In this document: positions 26,838-41,899 of the stretch, piece after piece
How positions within the stretch are numbered: position 1 is the first letter of the stretch
How the letters are laid out: each line of letters begins with the position of its first letter
Assembly (NCBI GenBank): GCA_965112155.1
Contig: OZ218105.1
Source: Podarcis liolepis
Taxonomy: Eukaryota
Direction: 5' to 3' (one strand)
Length of the DNA stretch: 64,000 nucleotides
Notes under the pieces: model-generated
Told to the model about the DNA's origin: nothing
The model's input: the letters and a program-made list of their open reading frames with translations, nothing else
Database searches by the model: none
Made by a program: the position numbers and the translations under genes

Positions 26838-29800
26838 TCAAAGACAGATACCCAGTGTTAGCAAATTCTGAATGTTGAATCTACCCAGGCTATTAGAGCT
26901 ATACTTAAGCTACCATTCAGCAATCCTGTATCACATCCTGTTGAATCCAAATACTGTATCACCTGCTTTTATCTCATGAACAGTTGCTTTCAAAAGCACT
27001 ATGGTGGCAGAAGCTCCTACAGTGTGGAAAACCTATATTGTTGTGCGGTAAACTTACCATGTTTTAACAATTTAAACACTTATTGGGTTGTAAATGGCTA
27101 ACTGTCAGGAAGTATTGTCTCTAACTGCTGGCTAGAAGCAGAGAAAATATACATAGTTATACAAGGTCTGTTAGTCAATTGACATTTAAACTGTCACAGC
27201 TGCTTCCTATTGCTGGCTGCATTTCACCTTTTATGCTAACAGCAGTGGCATTCAGAACTGATTGGTTTATGATTGGTCAGTTAGTGGATATTGCATTCAA
27301 ATCTCATTGTCCTTATTTATAGGCAAATAGGCTTTGTAATTCCATCAGAAACAAATTGATTGGCTTGAGGATCGTGACCAAAGAAAGTATAAGACTAGGT
27401 TTAACTCTGTTTGGACATGTTTTGGTAGGCTGAAGAGGATTGGCAAGGGACTAAAAAGTGGTCCTGAAGACAGAAGGAAGCATAGAGAGAGCAAGAAGCA
27501 GAGTATGGCAACTGATGAAGAATATATACCTACCTGGAAGCACAAATCATTTGACATGAGAACTAAGAAGGTCTACAACAGGGAGTGGGAGGCTCCAGCA
27601 TCTGCCTTGGGGAGAGATGAGGCCAGAATGACAATGGAGGGAAGATTGGCTCCTCAAAGAGATTTTAAATAACTGCATAGGCTTTTGGGCATAAAGAAGT
27701 ATTCAAGAGATGCTTGAAAGTCAAAAAGTGAGGAAAGCTTGATGAATCTCTGCTGGAAGAGTGTCCCACAGTAACACTAAATGCCTGACTTCTGGTTGAG
27801 GCCAGTTGAGCCTCTGTAGCATGGAGCACAACTATGAGAAAACAGTTTTCAAACTTTACAGGGGGAAAATGTGGCAAACCCATGGTGGAACTACAGAGAC
27901 ACAGCCACAAAACAGCCATGAAACAATAAACAGAAGCAATTATTTTACCAGGACTGAAGTATGGAGTAGGAAACTATATTTTGGACTGCCAGTGGAATCA
28001 TGGACTGCTTCTCATTCAATTTGGATTTGGGGAACTGAGACAAGAAAACACAAGGCACATTTTGTGCCAAATCTGTCACAATCAGTGAGAGTTGTAGGAA
28101 CTCAGCACTTGTCAGGATTGGCACCAAATGCATTTGTTTTCTGTACACGACATTTGATTTCTTTCCTTTGAACTGGATACACAAACAGAAGTTAACTGCT
28201 GGAGAGAAAACTAGCTATGCTAGTCATGTTACATTTCACTTCTTTGTTTGTGGTTGGCTGCAAATTCTGATTAATATAATAATTCAAAGCATCTTGAGGT
28301 GGGGCACAGAAGGGCAGGCAGCTATGAACACCATCTAGTGACTCCATCTAGACTTGTAAAGGATGAGTGTGTGACTGGTTTTTAAAAACAGACAGATACT
28401 GCAGTCATCATTTCTAACTTGACAGACTGAAGTTGCAATCTTATACCCACATACCTGGTAGTAAGTCCCATTGAACAGAGGAAACCTTACTTACAAGTAT
28501 TTATTCCTTTATATTAATTTGTCACTTTTTCACAAAACTGTCTCAAGGAGACTTACAAAGTAAAAAAAAAAATTAAAAAATTATAGTAGATAGGTATTGG
28601 ATTGGTTGATACAGTTTTTAAAGAACCCTGTACAGTATGTCTGTCTCCATTAGAACTTAACACCTATGTGTAACATTACTGTTGAATTGCTCCAAGTGAT
28701 TTCTGTCTCTGTGACTGTATCTCTGGCAAAGCAGACCTCACAAGCATTTTAAAAATCAAAGCAGATTTTCAGTTCATCCAGTAACACAAAAGTATTCATT
28801 GTACACTTATCTTCATTTGGTGCTCTTCCATCTGAAGCACCTCTCTCCAACCCAGATATTTGTGACCAGAAATCTACTGTGTTTTGGGTAGTTAGTAATT
28901 CATTACAAATAATGAATGTGTTTGCATTCAAAGTGAACATCTCCTAGACAGCTGTTATGCTGAAATTTATTGGCAAGTGCTAATTTTTGAATAATTATGA
29001 GCAAATTTGAGGAAGGGGTTATAGAATTATTTTTAAACAGTGGAAGGCTTTTTTAGTGCCGGCACAGCCTCTCCTGGTGATACATTGCTGACTTAGAGCT
29101 GCCTCAAACTTTATGTGTGGTTTAGGTTTGCTGCGGTAACCATATATGATGTGAAGGAAAGATGGGCACCCATAAACATTTGAGAAACTGATGTCCTGGC
29201 TTGTGCCCACTGTTTGTTTAGAAATATATACCTGCCATTCAGGCCTATGGAACCTGTTGTGTTTTCAAGGTGTTTTCTGGGACCTGTGTGTTTTCTGGTT
29301 GGTGGAAACACATTAGTTAAGATCAATGAAACAATCTTACAAGACACTGCATCTGACGAAGAAAAAGAATTCAAATATTGTGCAAGCATAGTAAAGTGTG
29401 GGGAAAGATGTGGTGAAGGGCAGAACTGGAAGTGGATGGGTGTGCACAGTGAGAGAGAAGATATCACTCATTCTCTGTCAGGAAAGGGGGAAGTCTCTCT
29501 TTGCTTTTGCCTTGCCTGATTTTGGCAAGATAAATCCTTTCCCAAACTGGTTGATGCACAACCAAATACTTGTACAAGTTCAATCCAAACAATCTACATA
29601 CTAGAATGCAGAAACACAGATACTGAAGGAAACGAACTCCCCCCGCCCCGCCCCCACTGAGAATAGGGTTCTGCTCCACAGATTAAGTGGATCAGATTTC
29701 TTTTGAAATTTTAAAGAAGTGATCTGTACTACAACTCTGCTTTCTCATCATCTTGGGACCTAACATCTGGGGGAGAAGGTAGGCCAGAAGAGAAGCTGTT

Positions 29801-30023
29801 GGTTTGTGCATGTCCTCTCCGATATGTCTATATAGGTGCAGTTTATTTCTAGGACCTTGGGTCTTGCACATGTTTTTCAGATGTCAATTTTTTCCTCTTA
29901 TTTATTGGTGTTTTCTCCTTTCATTTAACTCCACTAGTTTGTTTAATAAAGCTGAGAGTTCTTGCAGAGAGCTTTATAAACACATGTTATTAGATTTTTA
30001 AACCTCTTTTGAAAGTGCCTCTA

Positions 30024-30339
30024 NNNNNNNNNNNNNNNNNNNNNNNNNNNNNNNNNNNNNNNNNNNNNNNNNNNNNNNNNNNNNNNNNNNNNNNNNNNNN
30101 NNNNNNNNNNNNNNNNNNNNNNNNNNNNNNNNNNNNNNNNNNNNNNNNNNNNNNNNNNNNNNNNNNNNNNNGTCTNNNNNNNNNNNNNNNNNNNNNNNNN
30201 NNNNNNNNNNNNNNNNNNNNNNNNNNNNNNNNNNNNNNNNNNNNNNNNNNNNNNNNNNNNNNNNNNNNNNNNNNNNNNNNNNNNNNNNNNNNNNNNNNNN
30301 NNNNNNNNNNNNNNNNNNNNNNNNNNNNNNNNNNNNNNN
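30024..30339. other. Assembly gap with a 4-base island (gtct, 30172-30175)
   Basis: Run of n. Confidence 0.99.
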
Positions 30340-33300
30340 GTGGCGTACAAACTTCTTTTCCAATACCTTTTTTGGAGGGGAAGAGGGGTACTCACCTGAG
30401 ATGAAATGAAATGTAAAGATGAGGGAATCTGAGACTCATATTAAAATAAATCAGCAAAGCAGAGGACAGTGTGCAATTAATAAGAGCAGCTGTCTGCATC
30501 AGTGGACTACACATTGGCCCATGCTTTGCATTATTTACACCCATGAATTCTTAGTGAATGTAATAAGTTGGTCTAAAAGGCATCCTGGGGCAGGAGGGAT
30601 GAGGGGCAATGTAAAAAGTGTAGTTGCTGCCTTCAGAATGCAGAAATGTGTCATATCATACAGAAAGTTATTGTAGGTGTGCCCAAGGGCTCACACATGC
30701 CTAGTGGAACCTTTAAATTTTGGGGAACAGCGGCAGCTTCTGTCTGAAAAATACATACTCCCAACAGAGCCAGTAATGTAGTTCTCTGAATTGTAACATG
30801 CTCTTTTATAAGTTACATTTTGGAACAAGAGCATTGTTGTTTTTTTAACCTGAGTGACATTTTAGAACATTTATTTCTGCTTATTCCATTGCAACTTTCA
30901 CTTGTGTCATTGGAGTGAACTTAATACCGGTAATTTTACAAGTTGGATATTCCACCATTTTTACACATGGCATCAAACAAACGGAGTACTGCTGGCCATA
31001 TATTGTTGCCACTTAGCTCTGAAAGCCGTGTTTAAAGAAGTTTTGCTGCCTTAGTACATTACATGCTAAGAAGCATGCCCAACGGCAAGGAAATCACTTC
31101 TGCATGATTCAGCTGCATTCTGCATGGGGTGCGCATGCAACCTGCCTTAATCCAACCAGGAAGTGCTTATTTGAAGAGCAGTATAAATAAAATAACATAA
31201 GAACATTGGTAGGGGTGGTCACATGAATATTTCACATGGAACTGGCAACCTGTGGGGAAACAGACAATTATTCACGTGACCACCCTGCCCAACTTCTACG
31301 ATTTGGCATCGCCGTACTATGAAGTGGTTCCCCCATGCTTCTGGGTATGCAATTGAAAGGTACTGCAATGTAACAGGAAAGGAGCCTCAGATCCACTCTT
31401 AGTATCTGGAGTAAATATGAAGGGTCTCCAGATCCATTTTGTGTGAGTATTCTGTCATAAGTTAAAAAAAGAGGCAGAACTTGCTTTTCATGATTTCATG
31501 TGATCTGAAGAAGGATTCCACAACATGTGAGGCAGAAAACAAGCACAGATCACCACCTGTGTATTGTGGCCTTGTTTCTAGTGGGCTGCTCACAAGTTGC
31601 TCAGGCCTCCTCTTAAGGGAGAGGGTTTTAGTAATGCATGGAATGATGGCATTACATTTAACTTGCAGAAGAAAGCTTACTTGTGGGCTCAAATCTCCGA
31701 CTTGCCCCTGAGTTATAAATTAACATGCTGGCTGTTGTGAACTAATACGAATATAAATCTACACATGACATTAAGCCATTCTACCTATCAATACATTTTC
31801 CAAAGCTATAGTTCTTAAGCTTCATCTTCCAAAATATCTCATTGACTTACGTGGAACAACTGTGTAAGTAATTTGAAAATTAACAGTGTCTATGTCTGGC
31901 TGCTTAATGGCTGTATAAGATCTACCAGCAATAAGTAACATTAATTAATGCATTTTCACTAGCCTAGCTGCCTAACAATTGCTTTTGCTTAGGCAGCTGT
32001 ACAACCACAGACTATGAAAATGATGTTTGACCTTTACTGGAAGCTAAATTTGCACCTTGCTTATTCACCATTGCATAGGCAAAATAAATAAAATAAAATA
32101 AAAATCAGTAAGAAGCTTAAACGAGACTACTTGATCTTTAAGAAAATGTGTCTTCAACAAGAAAGCTGCACATATTTCTTATTGTTATTTGCATATGCTA
32201 TACGGCTTCGAGTGCATTGAGAAAAATAAAAGATAATAAAACAAATGAAATGAGAGATATATCACCCAAAATAATCCAAGTGTGAGATAGGCTGCCTCTT
32301 TTTTTGGCACTGGCAAAAGAGCACAAAGTAAAAGCTGGCCCTGAGTCATATTGATTTCCCACTGCACTGGTTTCCTAAGTGCTCTGTTGATCCGTTTCAA
32401 GCAATAAGTTCCCTGCCTGTACATGCACATCACCTCCCCATTTGTCCTCACCTAGATTTAAGGTGCCCATATGATGAGCTGAACAAGGACATTATTTTTC
32501 CTACTGGTGACACCGGGCCAGAACTACTGCATGTAGTATGATAGCTAAACCTGTGTAAGTATGCATTTCAACATACAATTTTTGATAGTGTTGCATTCCA
32601 CAGAGCAATACATATTATGGCATTAAAATTGCATATTTTTGTTTTACAGCTCTAGCCTTGGGAAGGGGAGGGGGATGAAACAGGAAAAAAAGATTTCCTG
32701 CTTGCCTCTCCCCTCCCATCCCCTCAAAATAATCCCATCCTCTTAAAAAAAAGAGAGAAAGGATGTTGCAACTATGGTAAAACAGTTTTGATCTTTCAAC
32801 AAAGGCCTCCCTGATTAGATGGATGGAAAATGTCTGATTGTGCTGCTAATGACATTGTACAGGAAATTAAGCGTATACATTTGGAGAAGGCATTAAATCA
32901 GCAGGACCTTAATTTAAAAACTTAAAACTGTATGGAAATGCAGCTTGCTCATTGCTGTGTAAGAGAAAGCTGCTGAATACTTTGACTCTTCTTATGGAAA
33001 TGTTGCCAACAGAACTAAGCTTGTGGAGGGTGTTTTCTTTGTTTTTTTGCAGTGCTGCTTTTATTTAACCTTCTTGCTATTTACATGGTACTTGCAGGAC
33101 ACAGTTGACAATTGCAGGTTTAGCCATGTCTCTTTCATTTTTAAAAAAGTTGCAAAGTATATTATTGGCCCCTTCAACTACAGCATACCTGGGGTCTTGA
33201 AGACTACTCAGCCCACAGGTTGTGCAATAGCTGACGACACAACTGTGACAGGCTTGTGAAGTCGCATTCGGCGGCCCCTCAGGAACTGCAAGCCTGGAGG

Positions 33301-33734
33301 AGCTGTTATGACAGCTTCTGTGTATCATAAATCACACTAGCAGCTGTTAAAACAGACCCTGGGCTGTGTAGTCTTAAGATCCCACATATGCCTGTGTTTG
33401 CTGGGATTCAGCTACAAGTGTTGATGCTGAAGAGATCAGCACATCATAGCCCAGTTTGGGATAGTGCGCCTGGAGCACCAAAACATGACAGCAAGCAGAT
33501 ACAAGGGAAGGAAATTGGTGGTGATTTAATCTGGTTATTTTTTCCAGTTTCTCCAAAAGGGATATCATAAAGATGGGATACCAGCAACTTTTAGTTTACT
33601 TGACATATGTACTAGAACTGAAGCACACTAATATTATGTCTGCATTTATGGTTTGGAGCTTTCGTGAAGTAAATGTCTCAAAGCAGCCATTGTATGAAAT
33701 GGAGCTTGATAAAGAATACCTGTTTTGTTCACAG

Positions 33735-33824
33735 TTATGCCGTATAATAGTGCCCACCATTGTGTTGTGGAAGTAGAAAATTTCTTGTTCGTATTGGGAG
33801 GAGAAGACCAGTGGAATCCTAATG
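33735..33824 (+). CDS. KLHL14: KLHL14 coding exon
   Basis: ttcacag| ... |gtatgt. Encodes (I)MPYNSAHHCVVEVENFLFVLGGEDQWNPN(G); 90 nt. Confidence 0.96.
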
Positions 33825-34144
33825 GTATGTACATAATAACTAATGGAACTATAAGAATTTGTGAATATTACTGAAGTACAAAATATCCATTTGCAGATGT
33901 ACCACAAGTTATTTGTCTTCGGTCATATGACTGCAGCCATAGATCTTATATGCCCACAGGTGAGATGCTGTTTAAAGGAGTTTGTGAATTGCAGTTTCAT
34001 GTCTCTTTTTATGTATGCAAACATAATAATATTCTGTATCTGCAAAAAAAATCTAGTATGCGAATCTGCCCATTAGGCTGTGACCCTAAATTCACTTGCA
34101 GCAATAGAACCCCTGGATGAAGTGAACTGCCAAACAGCTCACAA

Positions 34145-34510
34145 TGGCACATTCGGACATTATGCTAAACCATAGTTGAACATTATGAGAGTGAGCCACA
34201 AACCTGGACTTAACATATTCACACCTCCTCTGGCGGGTCCCCACAGAGTTCAGACAGTGGTTAATGCTAACAGTGGTTTGTTTTCAATAAGCCAGTTTCA
34301 TAATCCATGATTTGAAGTTGGCTTGTTTCAAACAAACTATTGTTAGCATTAACAACAGTTCATTGGGTTCAAACAGTATGATAAGCTGTGGTTAAGCAAA
34401 AACAACTCCTCCTAGTGGTCATGCCAAAGTGTGAGCATGCAAGGTTGAATCTTGCTGCAGCTTGTTCTTGTTATGTTAAACTATGGTTTTAGTGTGATAT
34501 CTGAACAAGA
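34145..34510. repeat. Old fold-back repeat
   Basis: Inner arms gttaatgctaacagtggtttg / caaactattgttagcattaac; outer arms aaaccatagtt / aactatggttt. Similar motifs near 1050-1310 and 9040-9590. Confidence 0.5.
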
Positions 34511-37500
34511 TCAATAAAACTGATTAAAGCAGTTTTGTTTTGTTCTTGCAAAGTTCCATTAAAACTCTAAGGCCGCAGTTCTAGAGAGCTATGTCATGCA
34601 GAAGAGATACACAGCATCATGTACACAGTCAGGTATTTTTAAGGTCTTGCTGAAGCCATTTGTATACTACACTTAAGGCCAATTTTATGTTTAGAGACCA
34701 TTTCAAGCTGAAAAGTGAAAATTTTGAAACACAGAAATGAAGGCCCTATGCTTCAAAAGCTAACTATGTTCTTTCTCACCCACCCAGCCAGCCAGCTAAC
34801 ACAGTAAGTGGGCTTGGGAACTGAGTGCTACCTAAAAACCCAAAAAGCTTGAGGACGCTGTCAACAGCATTCCGTGACATACCAAGCCCTTCACCTGTAG
34901 CAGAGGAACTCCACATACGGTGGGAGAATATTCCACAGGAGCAATGAATGCTTTCATGTGAGGAATGCTTTCATGTGAGGAACTCTGTGTACATGTTCTA
35001 GTTCCTCTCCATGGGCAGCCAACTTCTGATTTGAGGCTTTGGTGCCTTTGTCATTCAAGCTACCACATCGTCTTTATATGTGTAGACAGTGTTTTCCAGA
35101 CTAAGGCATTTCATGGCAGCTATTAGGAGTTTTAACCAGCATTTCATGCTTTTATATTATTTTATTTAGAATTTTTTCTACCCTGCTCTTGAGCTGGAAA
35201 AAAAATCTTGGTTTACTGATTAATACAAACAAATCAGACCCTGCCCTCAGCCTTGCAATCTAAAAGGCATGACACAAAAGGAAAATAGATTAGGAGGGAG
35301 GAAGAAAAAGCACAATGAGGTAGCGGTTCTTAGTTACAAGCTCTTCTGAGGACCAGCTGGTAGGGAGACAGTTCAAAGAGAATAAGAGCCAAATGTGCTG
35401 GTCTCAGCTGTGCTGATGAAATGGTCCTGCATCCCTTCTCTTCCATCCTGTACCACAGCATGATGGAAGGAGGACCCTGGCTTCTCAACACTCTGTGTAT
35501 TTCTTACTGCAGTAAAGCAATGTTTACAGTCAGTGCTTTTCTTCCAGTTCCAAGCCAGTCCCTTCCAGGTAAAATGTTATGTATGCAGTATCAAAAGACT
35601 GTTTGATTGTTCCACTACACATTTATTTCTAATCTTGTGCAAGGGATTCACATAGAGATTATCTAGTAGTATGTGTTCCTTATTTGATTACTTCATAAAT
35701 TTTCTGCAGAGAGAAATTAAACAATTTAACAGACTTCTGAACAAAGCAAAAGAGAACAGTATGCCTTGCAAAATTTAAAATATTGTCAAGACATTGTTGA
35801 AGAGCTTGCACATGAGGACAGAGTTGCAGTTGTAGCAGTCTGTGTAACAGAGATAATTATGACTGGCAAACTATAAAACAGCTTGCAGGTACACATTTTC
35901 ACTTCAAAATGCCAGAAGATCCAGCTGAAATTACATATACTGCATATATTTTATTGTGAAAGACCCATTTCAGCATCTGCACTAAACCAAATTATATCGA
36001 AGCATTACATCTGTTCCTTTCCTTGAAAACTGAGATAAACTAGTCCATTCCATGAGCCTGTATCCGGTAGGTTTTTGGGTTTTTTTTTACAAAAATTATT
36101 TAAATCAATGTTTTGGAAGAATAGCTTTTCTACTTTATTCCTGAAATGCTACTGCACAAAAGGTTGCAAATAATTACTTCTAGAACTGTAACCTATAGAA
36201 CTAGTTTGAAGACTTCTGTTGCAACTCCCCAAGCCTTCCCCCCAAGCCTTCCCCCCCCCCCCAAATTAGATGGCACTCTTAGCAGAAACAGTGGCATGGA
36301 TGGGGTATCTCCCCAGCTTTAGAATTCACACTTGAGTTCCCTCTGATTTTTCATGATGGCTAGAGTAGAGCTATGTGGAGCACTGACCTGCAAAGTAAAG
36401 CATTGTACAGGAACACCTAACTGCTGGGCTACTTTGCCCCACTTCTTTTCCTTCCATCTCATTTTAATAGTGGCAAGGTAGTTTAATAGCGGCAAGGTAG
36501 TTTGCCTAACAGGGAAGCATATTAGCGGGGTGGGAGTCTGCTTAGCCCTGCCTCCCCAAACAGAGGGCATCTGAGTGAGATCACTGGTCCATCTAGCACA
36601 GTCAAGCTCCCTATTATTCAAAGGAGCCCTGCTTGATTTCCCTATTAAATGTGGCGCTGCTTATTTACCATGTATTTCAAACGGCTATGTAGATCACCAT
36701 TCAGTGCTAAGTTGAAAGGGAAGGAAGAATGTGAGGAACAGTTTCCAGCAAAGGATTAAGAGGAGGAAGGAAGATTTAGAGATCAGAGCAGGTGTGACTA
36801 AGGAAAGATAAAAGTAAGTAGGTAAGTGTTGAAAGAAGGGGCTGGGGAAGGCATAGATGGAAGGTGAAGAAGGAAAGAGGGAGAAGCATAATTGTGGGCG
36901 GTTGGAAGGGGGTTTTTGTACATGAAGGGAATTGAGGGGCATTGTTCCAGAAAAACACTGAATATAGATTACTGATGAACAGAATCTCTGGGATAACTTC
37001 CACTGTTAGAATTGTTGTGTAATTAGACATTCATATATGAGAGCTGCTTAACATTACTAAAATATTATCTTAAGTACTCAAAGACCAGAATGCATAATTT
37101 GCTCTCCTTACAGACCTTATGGTTTCCTTAGCATAGAATGATAAGATTTGGGACACATTATATGTGCAGTCTGAAATTGTCTGGTAACTAAGTTCTCCAC
37201 TTGTTTGGACTCGTCGGCTTTGCATGTTCAGTCCCGTAAATAGCATCTACCTATGCTGGATGGAGAATACACTGTTTTCACCCTCACAGGTGTGGAATTT
37301 TCATTTCACTATGAACCATTTTCTTAGATCAAACCTTGAAGGCCTGTTGGGTAAGAATCTCTGTTAGAAATTTAAAAAACACCAAAGAGACAAAATTGTA
37401 TTTTATTGATTAATGCAAATTCAGTGTATAAAGGAAAGAGGTTGTAATCATTTGGGGTTCCTTTACACTAAAATTATTTACCTGGTGCACTACCCACTAC

Positions 37501-38395
37501 ACATTTATTTCCTTCTGAGATACATGATTGGGTTGTCATGTAGCTGTGATTCAATTTTTTTAGTCACACATACAAGAAACAAGAGGGCTTTTTGAGATAC
37601 TTGTGTGCTGAAGGCTCAGGTGTTAAACAGAAATTGCCATGCACTCCCTTGCTCCAGTCTTCTTGCTTTGATGTCAATCTATATGTAAAATATACTGCAA
37701 TCTTAATATCTTGAAGGCATGCAGTGCCAGAGGTTAGTAGTCAGGATAATGTAGACTTCCACAATTAGCCTTTGCTTTGTTTTGCTTTATTTGTGACTTA
37801 GGGACAGTAGAAATACATTATTTTTAGATGGCACATATAAATCCTTCTAAAAGGCAGTATGTATTTTCCTCTTTGTCCTATAAGGGAAAATCTCAAGATT
37901 ATAACATCAAATCCCTAATGTAAGGATGCCTGAGCACTTAGTAAAGATGTGTTCACCTTCCTATAAGCAATCAACATCACCCTCTTCCCACTGCAAACTG
38001 GGGAGACAAGAAAGAATGTCTGTCAGATATACCCATGGTTCTACAGATTGCTACAAAATATTCATGAAATGCCACGAGAAGCCCATCTCCCTCAGAACAA
38101 TAATTTCCTATTGTCATAAGATTTATGACACTTAAAAAAAAATGCTAGTGGGTTTCTGTCTTAAAGAGAGACTTGTAGGGAACCTTATGAGACAGAGCTA
38201 AAATACTTTGTTTTTTACTACTTCCATAGATACCTATTAAGAACTGTAGTTAGAGGCTGTTGATTTTGTGTGTTTACGTGCTTTGCTCTAGAGAGAAGAC
38301 CTCCATAAAGATTGACAAGTGAAAGGAATTTACTATTGCAGTGATTTGTAATGACAGAAAACAGAGAGTTAAATGTGAAACTAATTTCTTTACAG

Positions 38396-38474
38396 GAAAG
38401 CACAGTACAAACTTTGTTAGCCGGTATGATCCTAGATTTAACAGCTGGATACAACTTCCACCCATGCAAGAGAG
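38396..38474 (+). CDS. KLHL14: KLHL14 coding exon
   Basis: tttacag| ... |gtaaat. Encodes (G)KHSTNFVSRYDPRFNSWIQLPPMQE(R); 79 nt. Confidence 0.96.
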
Positions 38475-41400
38475 GTAAATGCTTGCTATATATTTGGGGT
38501 TGGGGAAAGGGTGGCTGTTTTACCTAAAAGAGGAAGATGGTTGGGGTTTAACTTAGCGGTGAAAAAAGCGAATGGTGAAAGTGTTGAAATTGATTTGCAC
38601 TAGCAAATAAAATATAATAGTGCTAGATTATTTTTCTGCTGACAAGAAGGTACTTTCAAGTAAAAGCTGAACTGCTACATCCTTTTCATAGAATTGTAGA
38701 AACAGTGTTTCTTTCAAATCTCTGAACTATTTCACAATTACTATTTTCTATTATATTTTTGCTTTGCTTTCATTGAATTTCAGCATGCATTGGCAGATCA
38801 ACCATTCCTTGCCTTTTTGGTCACTTAGGCTGGTAATGGCAGCACCCGCTAGGTCCTGTACCTGCCCACTCCATATAATCAGGTGGTAGAAGAAGCTGGC
38901 AGAAGTGCACTGGGGAAGATGAGAGGTACCAAAGGTGGTACCTTTCTCCCTTTGTCCTGAACCTTCTCCACCCACCATAAGCATTCTTTGCTCCCCAGCC
39001 ATTTTACTTATTAAAGTAATGTATTAATCTATCGTCTTGTTTAATACAATGTCAGGGTGATTGTGAAAAGTTCAGACCTCAGGTAAGCATGGAGGTGTTC
39101 AGTAATCACACTAAAAAGAAGCCAAATATAAAATAAGGAACAGTGAAGGACCAGAAATCAAGCACCTAAATGTATAAAATGTCTTGCAAAACTGCAAAGG
39201 AGAATGAGGAAGAGCACCAGCAGACAGCAATGGAAAGTGTATTCTAAAATTTGGGCCTGGAAGAGTAAAAGTTCCACTTCTAAACTGGGCCTTAAACCAG
39301 ATTAAAGTGGGTATGTATAATCCACTTCTACACCATGTTGTTCAACCTCTTCCATAGAGAGAGACTTGATTAGGGACTCCCTAGATTTTAGGTTGGGGAA
39401 CGGTTATAAATATGTAGTTATTATGCAAGCCATTATCCAACTCCTAATACAACACAGATGCACAGTATATAAAGCTTTTGGGGATACACTTTAGCTAGGA
39501 CATCCATAAAAATTGAAGATGTTCAGCTCGTTATCCAGTTGAACAAATCTACTTGTCACAGCCTCACTGCCTCTAACTTAAGGCAGATTTAGTGTCTGTA
39601 GAGCTTGTACCATGAGGGGTTTTTTTTAAAAAAAAATGGACAGCTTTAGATTTTTCTTATAAGCCTGTCTGATATTTAAAATATCATTTGAAGTATTTAG
39701 AAGTCCAAATTCTGTTTCAAAATGGTGTTCTAATTATCAAAACCCTTCTTTGCCGGGCTCTTAAAGTGAGATAATTAACCTTCACCCTCTTAGCTGAGCC
39801 TACATAATTCACAGTGATCAATTATTTCAGTGTTGTACGAGCCTCTGAGGATAAGACAGTATTGCTGAAAATGTGATTAGACATTTTAAAATATGTGAAT
39901 TGTTTACTGACTAGTCCCTTGTGACTTCTTTGGAGACTTCCAATTTATTAAGTCAAGTGCCTTTCAAGACAGTTTTTAGTCATTCATATTCTTTAATAAA
40001 GAGCTTTTATGCTCTCCTTTTTATGACAAAATGTGTGCAATAAGGATGTTTTTTTTCCTCTTCCTGTGAAGCAATAGTTTGTTTGTTTATAGTGCTCTAT
40101 AACAAAGTTCTCAGGATGAGTGACAACAACAAAACTATTAAGAATTTGTTTAACAATATATTTATTATTTTATTTAAAATATTTATATGCTGCCTTAAGA
40201 AGTCAAAACTCCCTCAAGATTGCTTCTATAAAAACAGTAATTGTAAAGATAATGCAGTATAATCGCAAATAAAAAATGAATAAACCAGTAATAATAAGAC
40301 AGGCAGACATCAAGTTTGAAACTAAAACAAATATAACCAAGAGCCACTGCAGCAGAAAGCATAGCAAATAAAAACTCCTTCAAGAAAAATTCAGTAACAC
40401 TAAAACATGATAGGGAATAAAATTCTGTGACCCTGTCTGGAGAGCCCATCCAAATGAATCATTCTCTGGAGGGAGAGAACATGGATTCACTTCTTCCCCA
40501 ATAAGTATTCAGCCAACCATCTGTTGGGCATTGCAGAGTCTGTACCTCTACACAGCACTGCACTGGGTGCTGAATGCTAATCAAAAAGGGCCTCTGCAAT
40601 GAAGATTCAGTATTAGTTAGTTAAGAAAACTGGGACATGATCCATTTATGTCCTACTGATTTCATCAGGAGGGTTAAGTATGCATTTAACTTCCTCCAAT
40701 TGAAATTAATGCAAATTAAATACTTTATTTTTTGCTGGATTGTTTCCATTTTTTAAAAAAATGGTTATAGTACTGCACTTCAAGTGCAATTGCACCCTCT
40801 TTGTGACGTAAGTTGTCCTTTGCGCTGAAGTCCTAGCTATTGACATAGTTAGTACAATGCTGATGAGGCTGAAAATCTGTGACTTAGATGTACCCCACTT
40901 TAGCACATGAGCAAGTTTCCATACAAAGCCAGCCCAGCAGTAACAGGTGGTCAGCTCCGCTCACCTGGGGGGCCATTTTGCTGAGAAGTTGATGGAGGGT
41001 GGTGACCTGCCTCCCCACCGTGAACTTTCAGAAAGTCCAATGGCCACAGCTATACCACCTCCAAAGAAATGGTTCAGAAAATGAAAGCAGGAAAAGAAGC
41101 ATGGCGGAAGCGAAGAAACATCAGAGAAAATGGCTGTCTAAAGCAGCACGGAACAGTTTGAAAGGCTATATTTTCTTTTATGAGTTCTCTGGAGTCCCAC
41201 ACACGGGGATGCGCCTACACAGATAGGATTTTCCATGCCCTGGAAGATTTGTTTCTCTTCTGTATTCCAAGAGACCTTCAAGGAAGCTAACAATGTAATA
41301 AATTTAGTTTTCAGTTGTTAAAAACAGCACAATATAACATCCAGAATTTCAAAACATCAAGAAGCACATAGAAACATAGAGTAGCATGAAAGAGGCACAA

Positions 41401-41899
41401 TATGGCCCTGGCCAAACGGTGGCTTGTAAATTGGAATGAATGGAACAATTTTTCCTGCAAAGTATTTGGCAAACTCATCCTGAAAGGCTCCGTTGTAATA
41501 GCTCTTTGACCACCTAGAAAAGCTATGTTGGGTGATTATGAGCAGATGCAGTGGTGACACAAAAGCCATCTTCGCCATTATCACTGTCTCACAGATTAAG
41601 TTACAAAATGGGTCCTGGCCTCTGTTTTATTCAATCCATTGTAAGTCTTCTGCTATGACTCCTACTGTTTTATCACCACCAGTTCCATGGACTGCCATAG
41701 AGCTAGCTTACCTCTACATAAGAACAGGCTGCTGGATTGCATGTTACATGGGGGGTTTTTTGTGGGTGGGTGTAAACAGTGAGGTCAGAAGGAAATGTAA
41801 TGCAGATAATTACATATTTAACACTGACCTATCACAAAACTGTTGGTTTGATAAAATGGTAAACAGAGTCAGCTTCTTGGTCTTTAATAGGAAGCTGGC

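Noticed and set aside
28325-28342. CTCF-like motif (tcactagatggtg on the minus strand)
   Set aside because: Partial match only; expected by chance in 64 kb without chromatin data.
27806-29519. 121-aa and 101-aa + strand ORFs as extra exons or viral remnants
   Set aside because: KLHL14 exon phases join without them, and I recognise no viral or cellular motif.
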